A stretch of 64,000 nt of DNA from a virus (IMGVR_UViG_3300028805_000046:1-64000); one strand, 5' to 3'. Shown: positions 1 to 9,548, numbered from the stretch's first letter. Program-made: numbers and translations. The notes: generated by a model from the letters alone, not told the origin.

Positions 1-1
1 A

Positions 2-289
2 TATGCATTTGATGATTCTGCCGCATTTAAAAGAACAGAAATAGGTTTTCCAATTTGTCCTTCTATTAACTGTATTTGTTTCTTTGGTAAAGATTGTAAA
101 GAAATGAATTGGTCTGAAGAAATGAAAAAATATGGCGGTGATGAAGGATTTATTACTGTAGGCATTTTTAATAAATTTGGAAATCAAAGAAAACATATTG
201 TTTATACAAATTGTAAATGTGTTCATTATGCATTTTATACACAAAGACAATTTTTGAACTCTATAAACATTCTAAAGTATTATAGATAA
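2..289 (+). CDS. 5'-truncated CDS, probable glycosyltransferase-associated protein C-terminus
   Basis: Frame open from base 2 (YAFDDSAAF...SINCICFFG...DEG...VHYAFYTQR); lies directly upstream of glf; AT-richer than its neighbours. Confidence 0.45.
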   Translation, partial: YAFDDSAAFKRTEIGFPICPSINCICFFGKDCKEMNWSEEMKKYGGDEGFITVGIFNKFGNQRKHIVYTNCKCVHYAFYTQRQFLNSINILKYYR

Positions 290-290
290 T

Positions 291-1388
291 ATGACAGAGC
301 ATTATGACATTCTTTTAGTCGGAGCAGGACTGTTCAATGCAGTCCTTGCTAATCATTTTATCAAGCAAGGCAAATCCGTTCTTGTACTTGAAAAACGAAA
401 CCACATTGCGGGCAACTGCTATACTTACAATAAAGATAACATTGATGTTCATAAGTATGGCGCTCATATCTTCCATACTTCTAATGAACAGGTTTGGAAA
501 TTTGTAAATCAGTTCGGCGAGTTCAATTCATTCATTAACTCGCCTATCGCTAACTATAAAGACGAGATTTATAACTTGCCTTTCAATATGAATACATTCA
601 ATCGTCTTTACGGTGTCATCACTCCAGAACAGGCTAAGAATCAGATCATCAAAGAAACAAGAGACTGCTATACTGACAATCCTAAGAACCTTGAAGAACA
701 GGCGATAAATCTTGTTGGTAAGAAGATGTATGAAAAACTCATCAAGCACTATACTGAAAAGCAGTGGGGAAGAAAATGTACCGAACTTCCACCTGAGATC
801 ATCAAGCGCCTTCCATTAAGATTTACATATGACAACAACTACTTCAATGACAAGTATCAAGGAATACCTGTTGAAGGATATACACGTCTTATCGCTAAAA
901 TGTATGAAGGCGCCGATGTTGTTCTTGATACAGATTTCTTAAAGGATAAAGGACATTGGGAGTCAATGGCAGACAAGGTTTTCTATTCTGGCTGCATTGA
1001 TGAATACTATGACTATTGTTATGGACCGCTTGAATATCGTTCAGTAAGATTTGAGACAGTTGAACTTGACAAGGAAAACTATCAAGGCAACGCCGTTGTC
1101 AACTATACATCAGAAGAAGAGCCTTACACAAGGATCATCGAGCACAAGCACTTCAACAACAGAGGCTCTGATAAGACAATTATCTCGAAGGAGTATAGCT
1201 CTGAATGGAAGAAAGGCGATGTTCCTTACTATCCTGTAAACAATGACAAAAATAATGCCTTGTATCAGAAATACAAGGACATTAAAAATGATAAGGTCGT
1301 ATTCGTCGGACGATTAGGAAATTACAAGTACTTTGACATGGACGATACGATAGAGGCTGCTTTCAAAGTTATAGAAGAAGAGGGTTAA
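291..1388 (+). CDS. glf: UDP-galactopyranose mutase
   Basis: GAGLF FAD motif, HIAGNCY, HKYGAHIFHT, YFNDKYQGIP, YTRIIEHKHF, PYYP, GRLGNYKYFDMD. Confidence 0.97.
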   Translation: MTEHYDILLVGAGLFNAVLANHFIKQGKSVLVLEKRNHIAGNCYTYNKDNIDVHKYGAHIFHTSNEQVWKFVNQFGEFNSFINSPIANYKDEIYNLPFNMNTFNRLYGVITPEQAKNQIIKETRDCYTDNPKNLEEQAINLVGKKMYEKLIKHYTEKQWGRKCTELPPEIIKRLPLRFTYDNNYFNDKYQGIPVEGYTRLIAKMYEGADVVLDTDFLKDKGHWESMADKVFYSGCIDEYYDYCYGPLEYRSVRFETVELDKENYQGNAVVNYTSEEEPYTRIIEHKHFNNRGSDKTIISKEYSSEWKKGDVPYYPVNNDKNNALYQKYKDIKNDKVVFVGRLGNYKYFDMDDTIEAAFKVIEEEG

Positions 1389-1642
1389 GCGCCCTCTTTC
1401 TTTTTCCATTCGTTGTATTCTTTCGCAGTCATGACTCTTGTTCGGATCATTCCATAGCCTTTGAAGTGAGGCACGCCTTTTTCATCAAAGTCTGTTTTGC
1501 TGCAGATTACCAAAGGTTCTTTAGTCCAGAACTGTATCTTTCGTAGAATAGGATTGACGATACACTTCAAAGGACTTCTGTGCATCCAGCAACCGCATTC
1601 TTTGTCTTGGACGTAGTACTGATCTCGATTCATAAAATTCAC
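1385..1642 (-). CDS. hypothetical protein
   Basis: 85-aa ORF coupled to the upstream minus-strand gene. Confidence 0.6.
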   Translation of the reverse strand: MNFMNRDQYYVQDKECGCWMHRSPLKCIVNPILRKIQFWTKEPLVICSKTDFDEKGVPHFKGYGMIRTRVMTAKEYNEWKKKEGA

Positions 1643-2037
1643 TAATAACCAAATGCGTCAGTCCATTCATCTAGGATTTTGTCCGACCAGTCATTTAGTT
1701 CGTTGTCTATTTGAGTGTTTCCATTTTTGTCAAATGTAATGTGTTTCGTTAGGTCTTTAAATGTATCGCTGAAATCACCGTAGTTAAACTTAACCTGCAG
1801 GATATCTGCATCTATTTGGTATTCACAAATGATATAGACGTCGTGCATGCCGTCATCCAAAACCCAGCAGACTGTTCTTGGTGGCAGCTCCTCTGTCTTC
1901 ATGTTAGCGTTTTCCATTCCGAATAGTTCCATCAGGACACTGTCAAGATTTTCTACGAGTGCGCTTTGGGTCACATTCTCACAGATAAGACCAGCTTTGT
2001 TCAATCTCGCTAATGCTTCATTTAGTCCCAACCGCAT
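1642..2037 (-). CDS. leader-family protein (putative internal head protein)
   Basis: N-terminus MRLGLNEALARLNKAGLICE shared with genes at 2106-3398. Confidence 0.65.
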   Translation of the reverse strand: MRLGLNEALARLNKAGLICENVTQSALVENLDSVLMELFGMENANMKTEELPPRTVCWVLDDGMHDVYIICEYQIDADILQVKFNYGDFSDTFKDLTKHITFDKNGNTQIDNELNDWSDKILDEWTDAFGY

Positions 2038-2105
2038 ATTAAATTCCTTTTGAGATATTTATTGTGCGGAGATAAATAAATAAATAAATTAAAGAAGAGG
2101 TTTTT

Positions 2106-2414
2106 ATGAAAATGGAATTGAATGAAGCGCTTAACAAATTAAAGCAAGCAGGTATCATTACTGAAGAGAACACAATGACTGGAAACGTTGAAACATACTT
2201 CGAGATCGGCGAAGATGAATCAGCCTTGGCAGAATGGTTTGATGAGTATGTTTCTGGCTATTTCAAAGGGAAAGTTGAAATGACAGAAAATTCCGCCGGA
2301 AACACTGTTGTGAAAATGAAAGGCGCTACTGTCGGGCCAAGACTTGCTAAAAACATTTTAGACTATTGGTATGACGCCGTTGCATCATTTTCTATTAATG
2401 TATGGAGACACTAA
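2106..2414 (+). CDS. leader-family protein (putative internal head protein)
   Basis: MKMELNEALNKLKQAGIITE leader; GAGG RBS; ATAAATA repeats upstream. Confidence 0.65.
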   Translation: MKMELNEALNKLKQAGIITEENTMTGNVETYFEIGEDESALAEWFDEYVSGYFKGKVEMTENSAGNTVVKMKGATVGPRLAKNILDYWYDAVASFSINVWRH

Positions 2415-2749
2415 TGAAAATGACATTAAAAGAATCGGTTGAAAAACTTCAGAAAGCTGGACTAATCGTTGAGTCTGCTGATGAGGTTGAGTTGAACATT
2501 TCTCGATGGACGCTTGACAAGTCCCGCTCTGAATACAATCGCAATCTGTATTTTGATGAAGAAACACAGAAAATGTATCTTGAAGTTTGCGATGAAGACT
2601 ACGGTGACTATCTTTACTATCTCTCAAATGCGTATGGCGAAGAAATTGACTACATCGGTTTCACTAACTACCAGGGTTCAGCAGATTTCATTTTGGGAAA
2701 CATGAATGATGGATTTGTGATGAAGTTGGACCCATCAATGCCTACTTAA
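2414..2749 (+). CDS. leader-family protein (putative internal head protein)
   Basis: MKMTLKESVEKLQKAGLIVE leader; start reassigned to 2414 (GGAG RBS, TAATG overlap). Confidence 0.65.
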   Translation: MKMTLKESVEKLQKAGLIVESADEVELNISRWTLDKSRSEYNRNLYFDEETQKMYLEVCDEDYGDYLYYLSNAYGEEIDYIGFTNYQGSADFILGNMNDGFVMKLDPSMPT

Positions 2750-2769
2750 ATGACAGGAGAATTTCTTTT

Positions 2770-3051
2770 ATGAAAATGAATTTAGATGAAGCGTTGGACA
2801 AGCTACATGCAGCTGGCGCTATCACTGAAAGCGAGATCGTTCGTGTCGGTTCAAGATGCCTCTATGATCTTGAAGATTACAAGAGAATGATTAGCATTCG
2901 TCTAGATAATGCTATTGACGGAATTGTTGAAAGACTTGTCAAAGAACGCCCAATGTTTTTCCCAGACGGCGAGATTTCAGTTGAAGACGAAGATGAACTT
3001 CGTGAACATGTTAGAAAATACATCAGAAAGCACATAAGAGGATTAGTCTAA
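2770..3051 (+). CDS. leader-family protein (putative internal head protein)
   Basis: MKMNLDEALDKLHAAGAITE leader; AGGAG RBS. Confidence 0.65.
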   Translation: MKMNLDEALDKLHAAGAITESEIVRVGSRCLYDLEDYKRMISIRLDNAIDGIVERLVKERPMFFPDGEISVEDEDELREHVRKYIRKHIRGLV

Positions 3052-3398
3052 TGGAAATGGAATTGAATGAAGCGTTAAATAGACTCAATAAAGCTGGCCT
3101 TATTTGTGAATGGTCAGCAAGCGGCTTGGATGAATTCATTGAACTTCTTTCAAATTGTGTTGGACAGATTGATGATGACGAAGTCGTATTCAAGAAAATT
3201 CCTAGTTCATCTGAATATGTAGTCAGAACAAGAAATCACAACAGCAAGATTGCGAATATCTGGTATGACTATGATAAAGACAAGATAATCGTTCAGCTTA
3301 TTCCAGAATTTACTAACTATGAATTTGACAGTGAAGAACTTACTGTGGATAAATGTAAAGAAATTGGTGCGATGATTAGGGCTAAAGCAGAGGAATAA
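3051..3398 (+). CDS. leader-family protein (putative internal head protein)
   Basis: MEMELNEALNRLNKAGLICE leader. Confidence 0.65.
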   Translation: MEMELNEALNRLNKAGLICEWSASGLDEFIELLSNCVGQIDDDEVVFKKIPSSSEYVVRTRNHNSKIANIWYDYDKDKIIVQLIPEFTNYEFDSEELTVDKCKEIGAMIRAKAEE

Positions 3399-3399
3399 A

Positions 3400-4167
3400 A
3401 TGAATAAGGAAGAAAATTATGTCCACAGTCTTTGTGCCAAAATTCAGGAAAGATTTGGCAAAAGAATCATTGGTGCTTATGCTGACAAGTATTCAGTCAA
3501 GACTGCTGTCGCTGAAGCAAATAAGGTAAAGAGGACGCTTCGTGCAAAGATTCAAGATCTTATCAATGAAGCAAATCACATGGCTGATACACAACTTGAT
3601 GCAGAATATCAATTTGGCAGCTATGTTGACGTGACATTCTTCATTCATAAAGGCACATGGGAAAACATGAAGTCTGCTAGAAATGCTGACGGCGAAGTTT
3701 TTCAGATTGTCGTTTTGCCTGACGCAATTCCGCCTAAGTTCTGGGATAGACTTGGAATGATCTATGCTAACCTAATTGAAGAAGTTCTTGAAGTGCTTGG
3801 AAGCAAAGCAGGCGTTAGCGAAAGCATTGAAACTCTCAAGAAAGCTGGATTCCTTGTTGAAGCGTCCGACAAGGCTAAGTCCATTCGCGACCAGATTACC
3901 CGTGCTGCTATTGAAAAGTTTGAAGAAATTCCGTATGATGAATTTGAACAAGAACCTTGGGAAGATTCAGACGCTATTGACGCAATCCCTGATGAAAAGT
4001 TCTTTGAAGTGATGAAGTCTGCCATCAATGTAAAGACTCAAGAAGAAGTACTTCAGGCAGCTGAAGACGAAGATAAATTTAACATACTAGCAGACGCCTG
4101 GCTTGAATACTTGTCTGACCTTTCAGGCTACGTTGGCTGGGAATACACTTGGAATAGAGATTATTAA
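3400..4167 (+). CDS. two-part protein with an internal copy of the leader motif
   Basis: Internal VSESIETLKKAGFLVE followed by an acidic domain. Confidence 0.6.
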   Translation: MNKEENYVHSLCAKIQERFGKRIIGAYADKYSVKTAVAEANKVKRTLRAKIQDLINEANHMADTQLDAEYQFGSYVDVTFFIHKGTWENMKSARNADGEVFQIVVLPDAIPPKFWDRLGMIYANLIEEVLEVLGSKAGVSESIETLKKAGFLVEASDKAKSIRDQITRAAIEKFEEIPYDEFEQEPWEDSDAIDAIPDEKFFEVMKSAINVKTQEEVLQAAEDEDKFNILADAWLEYLSDLSGYVGWEYTWNRDY

Positions 4168-4190
4168 GGAGCAACAAGAAATATTTTAAG

Positions 4191-4217
4191 GTCCAGCAGA
4201 AATTGCTGGACTTTTTT
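4191..4217 (+). terminator. intrinsic terminator followed by a TATATT -10 box
   Basis: GTCCAGCA/TGCTGGAC stem + T6, then GTTATATTT. Confidence 0.8.
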
Positions 4218-4263
4218 GTTATATTTTAAAAAATAAATAAGTAAACATTCTAAAGGAGTAAAA

Positions 4264-4689
4264 ATGGAAGAAAGAATATTCACAAAGTTCCAAATCAAGG
4301 CCGCATTCGAGTACTTCAATTCATTGATGACAAAGCCTGGCGAAAATCCTCGCTATTCTCAGTTCATTTTCAACAACTTCCAAGCACTTGCTGGCGCTTA
4401 TGGAAAGGTAAAGTCTGAAATCTATGACCGTAATGCCGATCCTGAGTTCATTAAGGTTGCTCAGGCTATGAATGAACCGCTTCCTGATGAACCTGCAAAG
4501 GCTGCAGCAGTAAAGGCCACTCGTGAAGAGAATTGGAAGAAGGCACTTAGCAAGGCATTTGAAAAGGAAACCAAGAATGATGCAATTCTTCAACAGCAGG
4601 TAAAGATCCAGATTGAGACTCTTACTCTTTCTGAGTTCACAATGACCGCGCCTCCGTTCATTGTAGGTCTTTTTGCCTTCAAAGCTTAA
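4264..4689 (+). CDS. hypothetical protein
   Basis: 141-aa ORF with AAGGAG RBS. Confidence 0.7.
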   Translation: MEERIFTKFQIKAAFEYFNSLMTKPGENPRYSQFIFNNFQALAGAYGKVKSEIYDRNADPEFIKVAQAMNEPLPDEPAKAAAVKATREENWKKALSKAFEKETKNDAILQQQVKIQIETLTLSEFTMTAPPFIVGLFAFKA

Positions 4690-4692
4690 AGT

Positions 4693-5847
4693 ATGAATAC
4701 ATTAATCTGTTTGACAAAGACATACAGCTTAGGTGATTTTGACATTTGGTTGTCATATCACCTTTTGCATTTTAATAGAATAGTCATACTTGACAACGAG
4801 TCAGATGTAGACATCAAGCAAGTATGCGATGAACACGAGCAAGTCGAGTACCACTTAATCAAAGGTTGGCCTGACCAGTGGCATCTTTTCTCTGACATTC
4901 TAAACCAGAAGACAGACATCAAGTTCGAGCAAGATGAACTTGTAACATTCCTTGATGATGACGAGTATCTACTTGTAACCAAGCCTGTCAAGGCAAACAC
5001 GATTGACGACTTTTCTCCTGAAGACACGGAGAACATCATGCGTCATCAGTTCCATTGTCTTGACTGCGCATTAATGCCGGAAATCTTGATGGTTTCTTCA
5101 GTGCCTAGAGACAATCGTTCCTGCTTACTTCCATTTTCTTCAATCTACGCTGTAAAGCAGTTGTCTTCTCAAGGAAAGGCTTTCATTCGTTGGCAGCCCG
5201 GATTTGAATATGACTTCTGTAAGGAAGGACCTGAGATCGGTCATGTTCCGTGGATAAACGGAATTAGAATGTCTGACGTAGTCGGGTCAGGCGTCTCCAA
5301 GACAACTTACGGATTGCAGAAATTACCAGATAAAGATGATAACGGGTGCAGAATCTTCTTGTTGCATTATCATATTAAATCTATTGCTGAATGGGAAAAG
5401 AAGATTAAAAGAGGCTCTGCAGCCTCTAAAAATGAACCTGGACACAATGGTTCTTATGATGATGACATTCGTAAAGATCCGAAGTACCCTTGGAACAAGT
5501 CGTGGTTTAGCAAGACAGAAAATCTTCAGTACATGCCGCGTCTTTACACGCTTCTGTCTCAGCTGATTGAGAAACTTTACGGAATTACCCCAAGTTTTCC
5601 TAGAGATGATCTTTCTAGCTTCCAGTCAGTCGCACTTCCGCTTATTAGACGCGTCTATCCAAGTCTTCTTTCTATTCAGACTGTCGGCGTCATACCTATT
5701 CAGAATCCTGCAAGTACAACAAGTTACAGAAATTTGATACAGCAGACTCAGACTAGACTAAATAAGAACCCTTGGAAAACCGTTCTTCCGACAAATGGAA
5801 AGAATAATCAGAAATTGACTTGTTACCCATTTACAAAGAAGAAATAA
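4693..5847 (+). CDS. GT-A fold glycosyltransferase (GT2/GT92-like) with a C-terminal gp23 Gol-like segment
   Basis: WLSYHL, ILDNES, FLDDDEYL (DxD), LLHYHIKS..EW..K..RG motifs; tail VALPLIRRVYPSLLSIQTVGVIPIQNP. Confidence 0.75.
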   Translation: MNTLICLTKTYSLGDFDIWLSYHLLHFNRIVILDNESDVDIKQVCDEHEQVEYHLIKGWPDQWHLFSDILNQKTDIKFEQDELVTFLDDDEYLLVTKPVKANTIDDFSPEDTENIMRHQFHCLDCALMPEILMVSSVPRDNRSCLLPFSSIYAVKQLSSQGKAFIRWQPGFEYDFCKEGPEIGHVPWINGIRMSDVVGSGVSKTTYGLQKLPDKDDNGCRIFLLHYHIKSIAEWEKKIKRGSAASKNEPGHNGSYDDDIRKDPKYPWNKSWFSKTENLQYMPRLYTLLSQLIEKLYGITPSFPRDDLSSFQSVALPLIRRVYPSLLSIQTVGVIPIQNPASTTSYRNLIQQTQTRLNKNPWKTVLPTNGKNNQKLTCYPFTKKK

Positions 5848-5858
5848 TTTGTTAAATT
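5830..5858 (+). promoter_or_regulatory. sigma70-like promoter TTTACA-N17-TAAATT
   Basis: Exact 17-nt spacing; the same architecture recurs through the window. Confidence 0.65.
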
Positions 5859-5867
5859 TTAACTGTT

Positions 5868-6332
5868 ATGGAAAAACAACACATTCTAATCATTGTCCGT
5901 GGGATCCCAGGTTCTGGGAAGTCCACTTTCGCGGAGAAAATTGTTCAAGCAATTCCAGATTCCGCACACTACGAGTCTGATTCTTTCTTCATGAGAAGCG
6001 GCAAGTATGTCTGGAAGGCAGAATTGGCTTTCGTTGCTCACAGAATCTGTGAGGAGAAGACTGCAAAAAGTCTTGACAAACGAAAAGTGACAGTTGTCTC
6101 TAATACATTCACCACGCAGTCTGAGCTCAAGAACTACTTTGAGATGGCAAAAGCGAAAAACGCAAAAGTCATTGTCTTCCGTATGGAAAATTCCTTTCCA
6201 AACGTTCATGGAGTTCCTGAAGCGACATTGGAGAAGATGAAACTGCGCTTCACAGATGTTGAAGGCGAAAGAAAGGTCTTTGCATCTACTTCGGACGCTG
6301 AAATTGAAAACTTAAAGAAAGAATTGGCATAA
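5868..6332 (+). CDS. P-loop kinase (AAA_33 / polynucleotide-kinase-like)
   Basis: IVRGIPGSGKST Walker A, VVSNTF, NVHGVP. Confidence 0.85.
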   Translation: MEKQHILIIVRGIPGSGKSTFAEKIVQAIPDSAHYESDSFFMRSGKYVWKAELAFVAHRICEEKTAKSLDKRKVTVVSNTFTTQSELKNYFEMAKAKNAKVIVFRMENSFPNVHGVPEATLEKMKLRFTDVEGERKVFASTSDAEIENLKKELA

Positions 6333-6336
6333 GCAA

Positions 6337-6639
6337 ATGGATATTAAAGAGCGAGTTCAGGAAATTGAAACCAACCGAAAAGTAAGTGATGAACAAGCAG
6401 TCAAGTTTCTCAGAAATATTGATACACTTGCTTACTTTTCCATGCTTGTGGTCTTCGGATTTATCCTCTATATCGTCATTCAGTTCATTACTGCACCGAC
6501 GATTGTTGCGATCTTCACATTTGCCTTTGAGGCTTTTGCATTGAAGGGCATAGTTGAAGTTTCTGAATTTGCTTATGAAGGACTTGTAAGTCTTAAGGCT
6601 TATGCAATTATAAAGAAGGCTATCAAAAATGAAAATTAA
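6337..6639 (+). CDS. membrane protein
   Basis: Two hydrophobic helices. Confidence 0.6.
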   Translation: MDIKERVQEIETNRKVSDEQAVKFLRNIDTLAYFSMLVVFGFILYIVIQFITAPTIVAIFTFAFEAFALKGIVEVSEFAYEGLVSLKAYAIIKKAIKNEN

Positions 6640-7330
6640 CGTAGATGACCAGAAGAAACTCTGGATTGTGTCAGATACGCATTTCAACCACAAGAAATTG
6701 TGTACTTCGTATCCTGACCACTTTGACGCTCCTCGTAAGTATGCGACTATTGAGGAGATGAACCGCGACATTGTCACTCGATGGAATGTGACTGTAGGCA
6801 AGAATGACCAAGTTATCATGCTTGGTGACTGGTTCATGGGAACCCCGTTCAATGAACTTCGTGACAGATTCCTTGCGGCACGAAAAGCTCTTAATGGAAA
6901 CATTATTGCTTACGTTGCGGGAAACCACGATGAAAAGTTGATGAAAGTCGCTCCGGAAATCACCTGGCTTGACCGTGTGGAATTTGAATATCATGGCAGA
7001 CATTACATCTGTCAGCACCGTGACTTCACTGAACTTCCAGTCCGTGGCGTAACTCCTACTCCAGAACTTGTTCTTGTGCATGGACATACGCATTCGTTTG
7101 AAAAGACTTCTCAATGCGCTCTCGGTACACAGAATAACGTCTGTTGGGAAGCAAGATACGACTTGGCTAACGCCGATGATCTTTGCTCCGTAACTGAGGA
7201 ACTTATTGACGTTGAACTTGAAGACGAAGTTCTTGAGTCGCTTGCTTCTAAGGCAAAAGAGAACGGTGTCCCTCTTGCAAATTTCGTGAAGTCTCTGCTT
7301 GAAAAGGCAATAAAGAAACAGAAGAATTAA
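6629..7330 (+). CDS. calcineurin-like metallophosphoesterase
   Basis: SDTHFNH, LGD, GNHD, HGHTH; short ribbon-helix-helix-like tail. Confidence 0.88.
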   Translation: MKINVDDQKKLWIVSDTHFNHKKLCTSYPDHFDAPRKYATIEEMNRDIVTRWNVTVGKNDQVIMLGDWFMGTPFNELRDRFLAARKALNGNIIAYVAGNHDEKLMKVAPEITWLDRVEFEYHGRHYICQHRDFTELPVRGVTPTPELVLVHGHTHSFEKTSQCALGTQNNVCWEARYDLANADDLCSVTEELIDVELEDEVLESLASKAKENGVPLANFVKSLLEKAIKKQKN

Positions 7331-7340
7331 AGGAAACATT

Positions 7341-7637
7341 ATGAGTCGTTCAAGAAGAAAACCTGTTTACGGTGAAAACTACATGGAAACTGTTTGCTGC
7401 ACCGGAGACAAGACATCCGGAAAGTGGAAAAGAAGATACAATCGTATCATGCGTCGTACAAAGAAACAGCAAGTGACTGTTTTGGAGAATAAACTCCCTG
7501 AAGACATTGCTGATGACGAAACACTTTTCATCGATGATCCTGAATTGACTCATGAAGGAAATTCTTGGGAACTCGGCGACGGAAAGTATCCGATGGAACT
7601 CCTTAACCGAAAACCATATCAGAGAAGTATGAAATAA
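7341..7637 (+). CDS. basic hypothetical protein
   Basis: MSRSRRKP...KRRYNRIMRR, AAGGA RBS. Confidence 0.65.
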   Translation: MSRSRRKPVYGENYMETVCCTGDKTSGKWKRRYNRIMRRTKKQQVTVLENKLPEDIADDETLFIDDPELTHEGNSWELGDGKYPMELLNRKPYQRSMK

Positions 7638-7647
7638 AGGAACTAAA

Positions 7648-8859
7648 ATGCAATACTTACCAAAATTACAAGACTTTATGAAAGCATTAGAGCAGAACCG
7701 TGTGTTCGCATGCGAAGATGAGCATTTCATTGGGTTTAAGTACAACGAACCAACTGTAATCTCAAGAGATTGGGACGATGTGACTCTTAACGCTCGCGGA
7801 ATTGTCTTTGATAAGGCTACCGGCGACATTGTTGCTCGTCCTTTCTTCAAGTTCTTCAACTATCAGGAACTTGTGGACGGCGAAGGTAAGCACACTGACA
7901 TCTACACTAAGTCAGTGGAACATGGATTCGTTCCTGACTTCTCTTTGCCTTTCCGCGTGATGGACAAACTTGACGGTTCTTTGGGAATTATCTTCTGGGA
8001 TAAGTACGCTCACCGTTGGCGTGTAAAGACAGGCGGATCTTTTGACTCTGACCAAGCAAAATGGGCTCAGAAGTGGTTTGATGAACATGTGAACACAAGA
8101 ATCATGCTTCAGTCATTCACTTACTGCGTAGAAATTCTCTGTAAGGAAGACGTTCACCCAATTTCTTACGAAAAGGAAGAATTGGTGCTTCTTTCTGTGA
8201 TTTCCAACCTTACTGGTGATGAACTTCTTCTTGGCGACATCAAGTTGTGCGCAGAAAAGATGGGAATCCGTCATGCAGAAGTGCTTGAGTTCAAAAACTT
8301 TAAAGATGTCATTCCTTATGCAACAAATTTGCCTAAGGACAAGGAAGGCGTGGTAGTAACATTCCAGAACGGCTTTAAAGTTAAGTTGAAAGGAAAAGAA
8401 TTCTTGGAACTCCAGAAAGTATTCCATAACTTGACTGAAAAGAACATCTGGAAGACCTTTGAATGCGCTGTCTACGCTAAGTGGGACGGCAATATTGAAG
8501 AGTTGAATGAAAGCATGTCTGATTTCAACACTTTATTGGACACAATTCCTGAAGAATTGCCAGATGTAAAGCACTATGCAGAAAGTCTCCTTGCTGGATT
8601 CTTGTCATTGATAGTAGAAACTGCTAACACAGCTATTGAAATCATGAACACTAATACGGAAAGAAAGGATATGTATCAGGCAGCAGTTAAGAAAGCAAAG
8701 GGAACTAACCTTTCTGAAACTGCAATCATGGCTTGCATCTCTGCTTACACAAATGCAAACTTTGACAGCCCAGCTGCTAAGTACCGTCTGTTCCCACAGA
8801 AAGCAAGAATGGCAATCTACCGTTCCTTGAAGCCAGAAACAAAGGAGACTGAAGAGTAA
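7648..8859 (+). CDS. rnlA: RNA ligase 1 (T4 Rnl1-like)
   Basis: ARGIVFD, RPFFKFFN, DKLDGSLG (motif I), EGVVV (IV), KLKG (V). Confidence 0.9.
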   Translation: MQYLPKLQDFMKALEQNRVFACEDEHFIGFKYNEPTVISRDWDDVTLNARGIVFDKATGDIVARPFFKFFNYQELVDGEGKHTDIYTKSVEHGFVPDFSLPFRVMDKLDGSLGIIFWDKYAHRWRVKTGGSFDSDQAKWAQKWFDEHVNTRIMLQSFTYCVEILCKEDVHPISYEKEELVLLSVISNLTGDELLLGDIKLCAEKMGIRHAEVLEFKNFKDVIPYATNLPKDKEGVVVTFQNGFKVKLKGKEFLELQKVFHNLTEKNIWKTFECAVYAKWDGNIEELNESMSDFNTLLDTIPEELPDVKHYAESLLAGFLSLIVETANTAIEIMNTNTERKDMYQAAVKKAKGTNLSETAIMACISAYTNANFDSPAAKYRLFPQKARMAIYRSLKPETKETEE

Positions 8860-9548
8860 TGCCTGTTGGAACCTACATAATCCGTGCTCTCATTATTCTT
8901 TCAATCATTGCGGTTCTCGGATTTGCTCTTCATGTAAATCCGGAACCTCTCCAGGGTTCTGATCTTGCAGGATACATTAAACTTCCTGAGAGATGCTCAA
9001 CTCTTGTTGAAATTCAGCATGACACTATCTACCGTTCTGCTGATACTTTGCCTGAAAGATCAGTCAAGATCATTAAGGCAGTTGAAATAATCAGAAATGT
9101 AAGGAAGTCTTACTCGGAAGCAGAAGCTTTTGAGATGGCTTCTTTACTTTATGATGAATGCTCTGAATTTTCGCTTCCTTATAGCTATGTTCTTGCAATA
9201 GTTCATTCTGAAAGCCGCTTTAGTCATAAAGTCACTTCTTCTGCAGGCGCCCAAGGCGTCATGCAGCTTATGCCAAAGACTTTCGTTTCTATTTCAAAGA
9301 AATACGGTCTTGACTACAAAGAAACTGATGTATATGATATGCGAAAGAACATAAAAGTCGGATGTGCTTTCATTCATCGCTTGACGACTCGCTATAATGA
9401 CTTTTCTGTAGCCTCTGCTGCCTACAACGGTGGTCCTGGCGCTGCGGCGAAATTCAAGGCAAATCTTGCTATTCCTTCTGAAACGGATAAATATATTAAG
9501 TCCGTTGATAATAGGTATAAGGAATACCGCAGGATATTAGGAGAATAG
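8859..9548 (+). CDS. membrane-anchored lytic transglycosylase (SLT domain)
   Basis: N-terminal TM helix; HSESRF catalytic Glu, GAQGVMQLMP, AAYNGGPG. Confidence 0.9.
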   Translation: MPVGTYIIRALIILSIIAVLGFALHVNPEPLQGSDLAGYIKLPERCSTLVEIQHDTIYRSADTLPERSVKIIKAVEIIRNVRKSYSEAEAFEMASLLYDECSEFSLPYSYVLAIVHSESRFSHKVTSSAGAQGVMQLMPKTFVSISKKYGLDYKETDVYDMRKNIKVGCAFIHRLTTRYNDFSVASAAYNGGPGAAAKFKANLAIPSETDKYIKSVDNRYKEYRRILGE

